Source: Azolla caroliniana
Taxonomy: Eukaryota > Plantae > Polypodiophyta
Length of the DNA: 64,000 nucleotides
Direction of reading: 5' to 3'
NCBI GenBank assembly: GCA_043228905.1
Contig: JBHGNT010000004.1
Coordinates: forward strand, 3,100,001 to 3,164,000
In this document: piece by piece, positions 1 through 10,822 of the stretch
Layout of the letters: the number at the start of each line of letters is the position of its first letter
Numbering within the stretch: position 1 is the stretch's first letter
Translations under genes and position numbers: made by a program
The notes under the pieces: generated by a model
What the model saw: the letters and a program-made list of their open reading frames with translations, nothing else
Database searches by the model: none
Told to the model about the DNA's origin: nothing

Positions 1-1284
1 AAGGACGAGGCCGACCGGATCCGGAAGAGAGCGTACCGGTTCTTTCTCCGGGATGGCTGTCTATGGAAGCACCCGAAGAAGAAGAACGGTGTTCCGCTCC
101 GGGTGGTGGCGATGAAGGAAGAACGGGAGGAGCTGCTGACGGCCTACCACGACAGCCCTTGGGCTGGACACCGTGGAACATGGGCTACGTTTGAGAAACT
201 GAAGGGGAAGTATTGGTGGCCGGGGCAGTACCAGGACGTGCATCGGTTCGTGACAACTTGCGAGAGTTGCCAGATGCACTCCTTAGTCCGACATCGAGAC
301 GAGCTTCACCCTACGTACCCTCCGGCCATCCATTTCAAATGGATGGTAGATCTGGTAACGATGCCAATGGGTGTAGGACAGATGCGGTACCTGGTCCTAG
401 CGCGGGAGGATCTGACGAACCAGGTGGAAGGTTGGGCCCTTCCGAACAAAACGACCGCGGCCGTATGCCGGTTCCTAATCGAGGACGTGATATGCCGGTA
501 CGGGTGCGTCGGGAAGATCGTGGCTGACCGAGGGGAGTTGGACGCCGAAGAAGCCGCGGAGCTGTTCGACCGGCTGGGAGTCAAGCTCGCGCTCACCACT
601 GCGTACAATCCGGAGGCGAATGGAAAGGTGGAGCGCGGACACGGACCGATCGTCAAGGCGTTGGTTCGGGCATGCAGAGGCCGAATCGGTAACTGGCCGT
701 GGCTGCTACCTTATGCTTTGTGGGCGGACCGGACCACGCACAGTTCGGTAACCGGGTACATGCCGACGGAGCTCATGTTCGGCCAGAAGCCGATCATGCC
801 GATGGAACGGACGATCTCCTCGTGGGCGACGGTCGACTGGAGGGACGAGATGAGCCGGGAGGAGTTGTTGGCCGTGCGCATACGACAGCTCGAGCGGAGA
901 CCGGAGGACGTGGAACTGGCTACGGAGAAGCTCCGGGTGGCGAGGAAAAAGAACAAAGCCAGGTTCGACCGAACGCACCGGCTCCGACCGAAGAAAATCG
1001 AAGAAGGTGACTGGGTGCTCGTCTACGACAGCAGCCTCGACAACCAGCACCGAGCTACACGGAAGTTCGCACGAAGGTGGTTCGGGCCCTACGTGGTACG
1101 GAGCGCCAATGACAACGGGACATATCACCTGGCGGAACTCGACGGCACGAGAGTGGCGATACCGATTGCAGGGAAGCGGATCAAAGCGTTCAAGAAGCGA
1201 CACGACGACGAGCCAGACCCGGCTCTCCTGGTCGGCAGTGACGAACGATCCGAAAACGAGGAAGAACCGACGGGCGAGGAATGA
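1..1284 (+). CDS. Ty3/Gypsy pol, integrase domain (5'-truncated by window edge)
   Basis: Frame open from the window start. HHCC zinc finger (YHDSPWAGH...CESC), catalytic VDLV / ADRGE / VERGH, GPY/F motif (RRWFGPYVV), acidic tail, no chromodomain. Integrase last in pol is the Gypsy order. Confidence 0.93.
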   Translation, partial: KDEADRIRKRAYRFFLRDGCLWKHPKKKNGVPLRVVAMKEEREELLTAYHDSPWAGHRGTWATFEKLKGKYWWPGQYQDVHRFVTTCESCQMHSLVRHRDELHPTYPPAIHFKWMVDLVTMPMGVGQMRYLVLAREDLTNQVEGWALPNKTTAAVCRFLIEDVICRYGCVGKIVADRGELDAEEAAELFDRLGVKLALTTAYNPEANGKVERGHGPIVKALVRACRGRIGNWPWLLPYALWADRTTHSSVTGYMPTELMFGQKPIMPMERTISSWATVDWRDEMSREELLAVRIRQLERRPEDVELATEKLRVARKKNKARFDRTHRLRPKKIEEGDWVLVYDSSLDNQHRATRKFARRWFGPYVVRSANDNGTYHLAELDGTRVAIPIAGKRIKAFKKRHDDEPDPALLVGSDERSENEEEPTGEE

Positions 1285-1355
1285 AGACGGGCCGGTTTTC
1301 TCCGTCCCAACTCTCTTGGCGCATACCGGAGGATGCGCGGTTAGGTGGGGGCGGA

Positions 1356-2128
1356 TGTCGTGAAGAAAACCGTCCATAGGCGGAATCGGCGCACCAAGGC
1401 GTGGGAACCGGTTCTTCACGCGCGCACGCTCCAAGTTGTACATAGAAGCGAATCGGGAGGATAATCGGCAGGAACGGGCCCTAACTCAAGTGGAGACAAA
1501 GACCGCGCGAACAGTCTTTTCGGTCGCGCGCGCGAACTGTACGAGTCGGCGGCGTAACTACGCGGATGCGTGGAAAACGGAGCGGATCCCTGTCCAAAAG
1601 GGACAGGGAATAAAGCTGACAGGACGGCCTGCTCGTCGGCCTATATAAGGAGCGGGAAAGAGCTGTTGCAGGGGGATCTCGCACGGAGAGGACGAAGTGC
1701 TGTCGGACCGTTTCTGGACGCTTCTCTCTCTCTGTTTCCTTCCTTCTTGAGCTCCATAGCTTTTCTGTGCAGGGTTCGGAGGAGGCTCGCGCTGTTTCGA
1801 GGAACGCACGAGTGCTTCCGGCAGCCCCTTTGAGCGTCGAAGTGAACAGGCATCGGCATCTGTTCGCCGGCCTGTTCGGTTGTAACCAACCTGTGCCCCG
1901 TCGAGGGTTGTAGTCGTGATTAGCCATTTTCTTAATATACATATGAAGTCATTCACATCTGTCTGTGTCGGTCTCTGTTCGCGTTCTCCGTGCTGAAGGG
2001 CCGTGTCCCTGTGTATCCCCGGTCCTGCGTAGCCGGTTCTCTCTCTTTCTCCTCCCTCGCTTGCTCTTTGGTTCGAGACCCCCGCGGTCCCGCCTCGATT
2101 CCACACGCACTTGCTTAATATCACGACA
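1356..2128 (+). mobile_element. 3' LTR (773 bp) of the Gypsy element
   Basis: Follows purine tract AGGTGGGGGCGGA (to 1355). Ends are TGTCGTGA...TCACGACA, an 8-bp inverted repeat. TATATAA near 1642. Next 5 bp ACGTG is the likely target duplication; its partner is outside the window. Confidence 0.88.
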
Positions 2129-5100
2129 ACGTGACTCCTCATCGATCCCAATTTCGGCAATATACGATCCGTCACTCCGACTCAGTTCGAGTCGGCAACT
2201 CGCAACACTGTGACATCATTGGAATCGGCACCGTAGAGCTCAACCTTGCAGGTGGCTCTACACTTGTACTTCACAATGTCCGACATGTACCCGAGCTCTC
2301 AAGGCCATTGATCTCAGTCGGACAACTAGATGAAGACGGCATTCGTGCCGGTTTTTCTTCGGGAGGGTGGACACTCCACAGGGGGAACCTCCTGCTTGCT
2401 AGAGGACCCAAGATACACTCACTGTATCCGCTACATGTTACGCTCAGAGAGGGTAACCTGTTTTTGGTGGATATTCCTGTGTCATCACTATGGCACCGAA
2501 GATTAGGACACCTCAGCAAGGCCGGCATTACGCATCTATCTAGAGCCGGATACATCCCCAAACTCTCCTTCTCCGACCATCAATTCTGTGAGCATTGCCA
2601 GTATGGCAAACAAGCAGCCGCATCACACCCGACATCAGCACCAAGAGAAACGAGACCTCTCGATTTAGTCCACTCGGACGTCTGTGGCCCAATGCCGCAT
2701 CAGTCTCTCGGCGGTGCCTCTTACTTCGTCAGTTTTATTGACGATTCGACTCGAAAGGTGTGGGCTTATCCAATTCGCACCAAAGATCGTGTCTTCTCGA
2801 TCTTCACCGATTGGCTCGCTATGGTAGAAAATCAAACCGACCGAAAGCTGAAATGCTTTCGGACAGACAATGGGGGAGAGTTCAAATCCGAAGAATTCGT
2901 CAAATTCTGCCGACAACGCGGCATCCGACGTGAATTTACGGCACCACACAGCCCGGAGCAAAACGGGATTGCCGAACGCATGAATCGGACAATCCAAGAA
3001 CGGATAGTTTCCATGCTCCAACACTCCGGACTGTCGGATGGCTTCTGGGCAGAGGCTCTACTCACGGCAGTACACATAATCAATATGTCGCCAAGTAGAC
3101 CTCTAGGACTTCAAATTCCTCAGGAACTATGGATCGGCAGTAAGCCGAATTACGACAAGCTGAGGATCTTCGGATGCGAGGCGTACGCCCTTATTCCGAA
3201 AGATGATCGCCGAAAACTTGCACCTCGGTCCAGGAAATGCATTTTCCTTGGATATGGATCCGACGGCGAAATGGGATACCGACTCTGGGATCCCGAACGC
3301 AGACAAATCGTCCGAAGTTCGGACGTTGTGTTCAACGAGTCGGCTATGAATCCATCAGTCGAAAAACCGATCGAAGTCCGAAGGGTAACATTTTCCGATG
3401 TGCCGACCCTTCAAGAAGGCCCCGCTCTTAACACACGGTCAGCTTCACGGGTAGCTGAACCTTACACTACCGACTCGGACAACCCCAACTCGGCACAGCA
3501 GAACAATCCGCTTTTGGACCATCCGACCTCGATACCTGATGCGACCAGTCCAATCATACCTCGACGATCCGAGAGACTGTCGCAACCTCCGGAGAGGTAT
3601 TCTCCTGGAATTTTCTTCACCGACGCCGGCGAACCGACGTCTTACGAAGAAGCATCGACATCTGTCGATTCAGCCACCTGGCATCTGGCGATGGAGTCGG
3701 AAATGCACTCCATTCGGGCAAACAAGACTTGGGATCTGGTCGAATTACCTAGGAACCGACGTGCTCTTCCTTGCAAGTGGGTTTATCGACTAAAAGAGAC
3801 GTCTGATTCGACCACCCCAAAGTACAAGGCCAAATTAGTTGCGAAGGGCTTCCGACAAGAATATGGCGTCGACTTCGACGAGATTTTCTCACCAGTGGTG
3901 AAAATGACAACCCTTCGTTTTCTACTCGGCGTAGTGGCAGCCGACAACTTGGAGCTGATTCAGCTAGATGTCAAAACAGCCTTCCTCCATGGTGATCTTG
4001 ACGAGGAAATTTATATGGAGCAGCCAAAAGGCTTCGTTGCTACTGGCCAAGAACATCTAGTCTGCCGACTCAGGAAGAGTCTATACGGCCTCAAACAGGC
4101 ACCGCGACAATGGTACAAGAAGTTCGACGACTTCATCCAATCGATCGGCTTCTCAAAAAGCGATGAGGACCATTGTCTCTTCACCAACACAGCTCAAGAT
4201 GGATCACTCATCTTCCTCATCATTTACGTGGAAGACATGCTAATTTCTGGACGCCACGCGGGCGAACTTGCCGATCTCATTCGGCAACTGCGGTTGAAGT
4301 TTGCCATGAAGGACCTCGGTCCGGCACGACACATACTCGGCATGAAGATTAGTCGGCATCACGATAAACGACATCTTTTTTTGTCTCAGACCGACTATAT
4401 CCGACGTGTCTTGGAACGCTTCAACATGCAATCAGCCAAATCTGCTTCAACCCCGCTCCCCATGAATCTTCGGCTCTCTCAGCGAGACTGCCCGACATCC
4501 GGTCCGGAGGGGGAAGATATGAAGTCGGTACCGTATGCACCGGCAGTCGGCTCCCTTATGTACCTGATGGTCGCGACACGGCCTGATATTTCTCACGCCG
4601 TAGGAGTCGTTAGCAGATTTATGCACAATCCCGGCCGATCGCATTGGAACGCAGTCAAGCATGTGTTCAGATATCTGGCTGGCACAAAAGACCACGACAT
4701 TCTTTTCGGTCCGAACCGAACCTCAGGCGTAGTCGGTTACACCGACTCGGACTTCGCCGGTTGTATAGACAGTCGGAAATCAACAACCGGATACTGCTTC
4801 AAATTCGGCAATGGAGCAATCTCGTGGAAGTCGAAACTTCAGGAGTGCACAGCGACCTCAACGACCGAAGCAGAATATGTAGCTGCGTCCGACGCAGCAA
4901 AAGAAGCTTTGTGGCTCGGTCGGCTGGCGCACACGTTTCGACAAGTCGACCATGACTCGGCCCCAGTTGTCTATAGCGACAGTCAAGGTGCCGTTGCCTT
5001 GTCGAAAAATCCGGTTCACCACAACGCCTCCAAACATATCGACGTTCGATATCACTTCGTTCGGGACTGCGTCATTTCAGGGAAAATCGGTCTAGAGAAA

Positions 5101-5208
5101 ATATCCACAACCGACAATGTCGCAGATGGAATGACCAAGTGTCTTTCGGCAGACCGCTTTCGGTCCCTTCGGCATCAGATGGGCGTAACGACAAACCAGT
5201 CCGGTTAG
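2129..5208 (+). CDS. Ty1/Copia pol (protease C-part, integrase, RT, RNase H), interrupted at its 5' end by the Gypsy (Copia A)
   Basis: Starts (H)VTPHR just after the expected DSG(A/S) protease motif. WHRRLGH...CEHC, HSDVCG, TDNGGEF, AERMNRT, QLDVKTAFLHG, YVED in place of YVDD, YTDSDFAG, TEAEY, KHIDVRYHF. Confidence 0.95.
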
Positions 5209-5401
5209 AGCCGGACACATCGCAGGATGGTTTCCGACAACCGACATCAGTTCCTTAATGATCGGCTTCAACTCTTCCGACCCGACCAGTTCGGTCTTCT
5301 GCCTTCGGACCCTGCCGACTCGAACAAAACTGATATGTCCGAGAACCTAGGTTTATACCTGTAATCTTAGATAACCCATGTATACGCCCATTACGGGGGA
5401 G

Positions 5402-5583
5402 TGTCGAATACAAGTGTATAATGGACGTATTCACACTATCCCTTTCTATAGCTCAAGTTTGGGCCATTTGTGTAATTAGCATAAAGGGTAGTTGCCCTAA
5501 GTCGGTCACTATATATAGTGACCTTGTAACCTTTTTGTAAGGTTGGGTGTTGTATTATTGCTTTGTGGAATAAAGAGTCTTTT

Positions 5584-5629
<46 letters not shown>

Positions 5630-5823
5630 GTGCACGACCTCAGAAACGATCATACGCAGGTACTCAGAACAGAATCGAATGCTTCTTGATCCTTCCGCAT
5701 AGACGACTTTGATCTTCAACAGTAAGTCTCCTTCCCCCTTCATTTTCTGTCTTGAGCACACTAAACGATCCAGCACATCACGATCCGTTGTGCACAAAGA
5801 AGAGCCGGAGCGTCTTCCTAACA
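5402..5823 (+). mobile_element. 3' LTR (~422 bp) of Copia A
   Basis: PPT GGGGGAG ending at 5401, then TGTCGAA...CCTAACA. TATA near 5509, AATAAA near 5569 and a (CT)n run. A different, antisense Copia resumes after 5823. Confidence 0.75.
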
Positions 5824-7303
5824 CATTTCGGCTAGTACCCAGTTCGGACGGTATCCGGTTCTCTCTTGTACTCCCCCTCAAGCTTGGCAAGTTAGGGATC
5901 GTCAATCCAAGGTTTGACATGAAGTGTCGAAGCTTGTCGGCTCCTAGGGCTTTGGTGAAGATGTCGACCGTCTATAGATTCGTGTTGATGTGTTGAAGCT
6001 CGACATCTCCAACTTGAACGCACTCTCAAATGAAATGATAGTGCACTTCGATATGCTTCGTGTGTGCGTGGAACATCGGGTTCCGAGCTAGATAAATACT
6101 GCTTATGTTGTCACAGTAAAGGGGAATCAGATCATTGATGGGAACGCCCAAATCCTTCAATATCCTCTTGAGCCATATGGTTTCACATGCAGCCATTGTT
6201 GTGCCCCTGTATTTGGCCTCTATGCTCAAAAGAATGATGGTTGGTGTGCAGAAAGAGGGAGAATTCTCACTTGTTAGAACGACGGTTCTCATCGTGCTAA
6301 ACCGTGGTGAATCACAAAGCTCCTTGATCTTGTCATCATCCACATTGATGCTTATTGAGCCGAGTGAATCACAAAGCTCCTTGATCTTCAAGGTGTAGCT
6401 TGTGATGGACATGTCCCTTTGTTGGATATTATTCAACTCTTGGCAGAGTTGAAGCTTTCTTGTGGTTGTATTGGCCGCGAAAATCTTCCTAAGATTCTCC
6501 CATGCTTCCTTTGGCTTCTCAAATGTAGTCGAACATGTGGTCATGAACACATGTCGCGAAGCAATACATTACTCAACTTGCGGCTTGCTCCCATGTTGAG
6601 TATTCGGGAGTCGTAGGGTCAGGTCGATTTTCTTGTGCTCCTTTGATGTAGCTCCAATAACCTTGGCCAACAAGGTATTGGTGCATCTTGTACTCCCAAT
6701 ACGCAAAGTTGTTTCGGTCCAACTTCTCATTAGGGAGAGCGCTCCCCATTTGAGTATTCATGGTGTTCGATATAGATTTCTTCATTCTTCTTCTCTCTTG
6801 AATACGAGCTATGTAGCGGCACTATGATAACGATGAGCCAAATTTCTTTGACTCATCGGCGTAGACACAACACACACGGATGGGCTAGATTGAGCTACCA
6901 AAGCACTCTGATACCATGTAAAGAATCGATGGTATGATTATGTGCAGCGGAATAGGTTAGAGATGTGTGTTGTGTGTGAGAGAGAGAAGAGGAGAGGAGA
7001 GAGACACAAGATAGATAAAAAACGAATATTCAAGAAGATGTATATTACAAAGGAGATTTAACTAACACATTACAAAGTATGAGGATGGTGCTTTATATAG
7101 TCACCCTCTCTCTCTTCATTAACCACCGAAGCTCATCGGTCATGGGGAATTTGGAAACCCATTAGTTATGTGTCATAGAATACAATTCTATGACACATAG
7201 TTCATGTGTAGAGAGTAGTGTTGTGACTTTTGACCTTTGAGTGTTCATACACTCTCAAGGTGTGTGTTCACACACTAGACTAGGTTGGGCTTGATTCTCA
7301 ACA
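5824..7303 (-). mobile_element. Degenerate, internally deleted Copia (Copia B): 5' LTR 7303-6917, PBS, gag N-terminus joined to RNase H C-terminus
   Basis: Minus LTR TGTTGAGAATC...CTTTACA followed by PBS TGGTATCAGAG (6916-6906). gag motifs KLDRNNF/WEYKM and EAWENLRKIF. RNase H remnants EAKYRG, YCDNISS, HTKHIEVHYHFI*, DIFTKALG with stops. GAGGGGGAG near 5870-5878. Confidence 0.85.
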
Positions 7304-7533
7304 ATATGCTTATACTAGCTTTTGTAACTTACTATAGAAGTGAGATGAAATGTTTCCTTTTGTTTTCTCTATGTACAATTTTCAAGTTAAATATACTAAG
7401 GTGCATCTTTCTTTAAAAAAAAAATCATTATTGCGTTTTTTGTTCGAACTCATAGCCACTTTAGGCGAATTCAAGCCAGTTTTCAAAGAATCACGCCATC
7501 AAAGGAGCTTTCATGGTATTAAAGGCATGATGG

Positions 7534-7839
7534 TAATCATTGTAAGGGAAATCTATCGCATGATCACAGAGAAGTATAACAGATGAAAGCTCTCTTAGAG
7601 CATAAAGATACAAGCTAATCGTTGTAAGGGAAATCTATCGCGTGATCACAAAGAAGCATAACAGATGAAAGCTCTCTTAGAGCATAAAGATACAAGCTAA
7701 TCGTCGTAAGGGAAATCTATCGCGTGATCACAAAGAAGCATAACATATGAAAGCTCTCTTAGAACATACAGATACAAGGTAATCATTGTAAGGGAAATCT
7801 ATCACGTGATAAAAAGGAAGCATAACAGATGAAAGCTCA
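7534..7839. repeat. 82-bp tandem repeat, ~3.7 copies
   Basis: Units start at 7534, 7616, 7698 and 7780 (TAATCRTYGTAAGGGAAATCTATC...GAAAGCTCTCTTAGA...). Confidence 0.95.
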
Positions 7840-8018
7840 TAAGAGAACCTGGTACAAAAAAGCACGACATTCGGGCGATACTCAGGTCTCCGGAAGTGAA
7901 GTACCCAATTATCAGTTTTAACATGTGTCCACAATTGAACATGTGAAGCCTTTTTCTTTTCTCCTTTGGGCTTCAAAGTGTGTACAGTTTTGAAGAGAAA
8001 GAAGGTTTTGTGAAGAAA

Positions 8019-10822
8019 ATGAGGATGTTGTTTTTGTATGGAGCTATAAGCTCCCCTGCCTCCTCTTCTAGGGTACTACTACATACAAACCAAAACTGTG
8101 GTTTTCCTGTCTTCCAGACAGCTAGGAGAGGTTGCAGAGCTCTGAGTATGAATCAAGGGCCGGCTGGAAACATTGCAGAAGAGGATGGAACTAGCAGGAA
8201 GGCAGGTGATGATGCCATAGCTCAATATGTGGTAATAAGGAAAGATCTAGTTGATTCTCTGAAATGGCCTCTTGGAAGCGTTCTTGCCCAAGCTTGCCAT
8301 GCTGCGGTTGCTGCTGTATGGATCTTCAGAGACCACCCTGACACAATCCAGTATTGCGACAAACTCGATTCCATGACAACTGTAAGTAATTCATCATTTT
8401 CTCCAGGTTTATATGGTCTTTGTATAATGTATTAGGATATAATGTGTTAGGATTTAGTATCAGACCTAGGCCTTCTGTGTGTGTTTGGGGTTTTTTGAAT
8501 TCCATCAAAAAATATATTTTTTCATTTAGTTAGTCCATCATGCATTCCATGAATACTTTAAATCGTCCAGCTTATGTCCATATTTAATGCTTATATAATA
8601 TATTAAAGTGTGTTGGAATATTTTCATCCTTTTTCCATTTTATTTTTATCGTTTTCATGCATCAAAGGTGCCTACATTCTCATTAATGAGAATGCAAGTA
8701 AGCTAGGCTTTCATCAATTGTTGTTGGTTGAGACTTGCTTTTGCGTTTTGGTTCTTTTTTTAAATTCATTAGCTTTGCCCATGATCTATTCCATGAGTAT
8801 TGTAAGTAAGGTAGCTTTTCATTGCTTTACATGGCCATATTCATTTGAGTTTGGAGTTTTCTTGTTCCATATTCTTTACATCCATCAAGAGTACGTAGGT
8901 TTCAAATTATCTTTGTATATTATATCTAGCCATACGTGAGGGCACACAAAGATACATGAATGATTTTGTAGCTTGCATTGAGCACTGTAACAGCAATAGG
9001 GCCAAAGTTCATCCATAACCATGAATAAATCACAACCTATTGCAGCATCATTGAATCTGTCGAAAGCAAGTTCAAGAATGGAGAAATACTCAATCTACTA
9101 CATTTGCATTTTATTCACGTAGATTCAAAGCATATTATCCAAAATTGGCATAACTCTGTCTAATTGCACTGTTGAGAATAATCACTTGAACAATGACTCA
9201 GGGCTTTGTCAAGTTTTTTAAATTCTGGACTCTAAAATGCACTTGTGAATCTGGTATCATGATAACTCACTCGTAGATCATATATGATATAAGCAAACTG
9301 AGATAGAAAGCTTGAAAAAAGATCCTTGCTAACTCTGGAGCTCTAATTGTCCGATATGTTAGATGGATTTTTAAGTTGATCCTTAAGTGGGATTGACTTT
9401 TCACTGAACCATACATTTATTAATGATGGAGTGACGAGCTACTTTTGCTTGGAGATCCAAGATTGTTTCTGACTATGATTCTTGTGGAACTATATTTTCA
9501 AGCTCCAAGACTATACCAAATTCTTGCCTGCACATTTTAAGATCGATGATGTACCTTCATATGATTAAGGTTGGTATGTGGTACTGCTATGTAGACAATG
9601 GAGTCAAGAAAGCTACATAGACATATCATATATGGTGGCAATATGTCATTTGTTGCTGCAAACTATGCGTGGGCACTCAACCATGCAATAAAATCTTGGT
9701 TTTCGTTGTTGAAAAGAAAGGGATCTCACATGGCAGAACTATCATTTCTATCTTGGTGGCACGTAGTTAATAGTGATTAAGGGTCTAGCATGACTCATCA
9801 AATGGTCACTTCCTGGTAGTTACGTTGTGGCTTGTAGGATGGCGTATCCTCTTAGATGGGATGGAACGGAGTATCTAAAGAATCTTTTTAATCTAAAGGA
9901 GTATCAAATGGAGAAACAGTGCTTTATTACAGTCCTTTCCTTTGAGGTAGTTGTATGCGACTGGTTGTCAATCAGAGGGAATTGAACTTTTTAAATGGTC
10001 CTTATGTGAGACATTAATTCAGGCCAACATTGGTTAGATTTTTTTTGTAGATCGAGAATCTTGGTCTGAGGTTAAAACAAATGATGTTTATCGTAGGCTC
10101 ATATGTTGTTAATGCTCGATTGCTTGCAAAGGTGTCACGAGAATAGAAAACTGGGAAGATAGTGGCTCGGTAGTGAGATATTTTTGATAGCAGCTCATGA
10201 GTGGCACTCCGGTTCCCTTTTAGGACAAAAGTGTTCATTTGGCGGGTTATCGTTGGTGGTTTATCAATGGCAGTTGCTTCACAAAAGTGACAAATGTCAA
10301 ATGATATGCACTTTTTCTGTGGGGTATACTCAGAAGATATTATTCACAGGTTTCTTGTATCCCAATAGCTCAGGCATATATGATCATACTTACCAGCAGT
10401 TTGGGCATTTTTAGCAACAATTTCTTTCTCTTTTTCAATGGGTGTTTGTGCAAGGGAGGAACCTTGGATTCATCACATAAGAGCACAGCCCATTTCCTAG
10501 TGATTTTTCTTTGTTTTCTTGATGGTTCATAGAGAACAGTGTTGATCATGTGAGTGTAACTTTTGTTTTCCTTTTCTATTGTATAAACAATATATTTGAT
10601 GAGAGAGCGATAGAGAGAGCGAAACTACGCATGGACCAGGTTACTCTGGAAGTGAAAGGAGAAACACAGCTTGTGAACCTTGCAGAGAAGCTTCGGGAAA
10701 ATAACATTTCTTATAAATTATGGATAGAGCAACCAGAAAACTTTCCAACATGTTTGGCAACTAAGCCATATCCAAAATCTGAGGTTGCTCAGCATTTTAA
10801 AAAATTGAAACTTTGCAAGTGA
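8019..10822 (+). CDS. PTRHD1: Peptidyl-tRNA hydrolase domain protein (PTH2 family, PTRHD1-like); exons 8019-8381, 10640-10822; ~181 aa
   Basis: QYVVIRKDL..LKWPLGSVLAQACHAAVAA and VTLEVKGETQL...KLWIEQPENFPTCLATKPYPKS..HFKKLKL. Phase-0 GTAAGT...CAG intron. The S/R-rich N-terminal extension resembles a transit peptide. Confidence 0.88.
10200..10400 (+). mobile_element. Degenerate L1-type LINE fragment (zf-RVT region) inside the PTRHD1 intron; probably extends upstream
   Basis: Broken-frame peptides KVFIWRVIVGGL and C..(C)...SEDIIHRF..PIAQ resemble the C-terminal zinc-binding region of plant L1 ORF2. Confidence 0.55.

Noticed and set aside
706-2213. Long antisense or overlapping ORFs (245, 205, 153 aa) in the Gypsy integrase and LTR
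   Set aside because: Expected from GC-rich, stop-poor DNA; no recognisable domain.
7534-7839. CRISPR-like array
   Set aside because: Units are full-length tandem copies with no unique spacers, there are no cas genes, and the context is eukaryotic.
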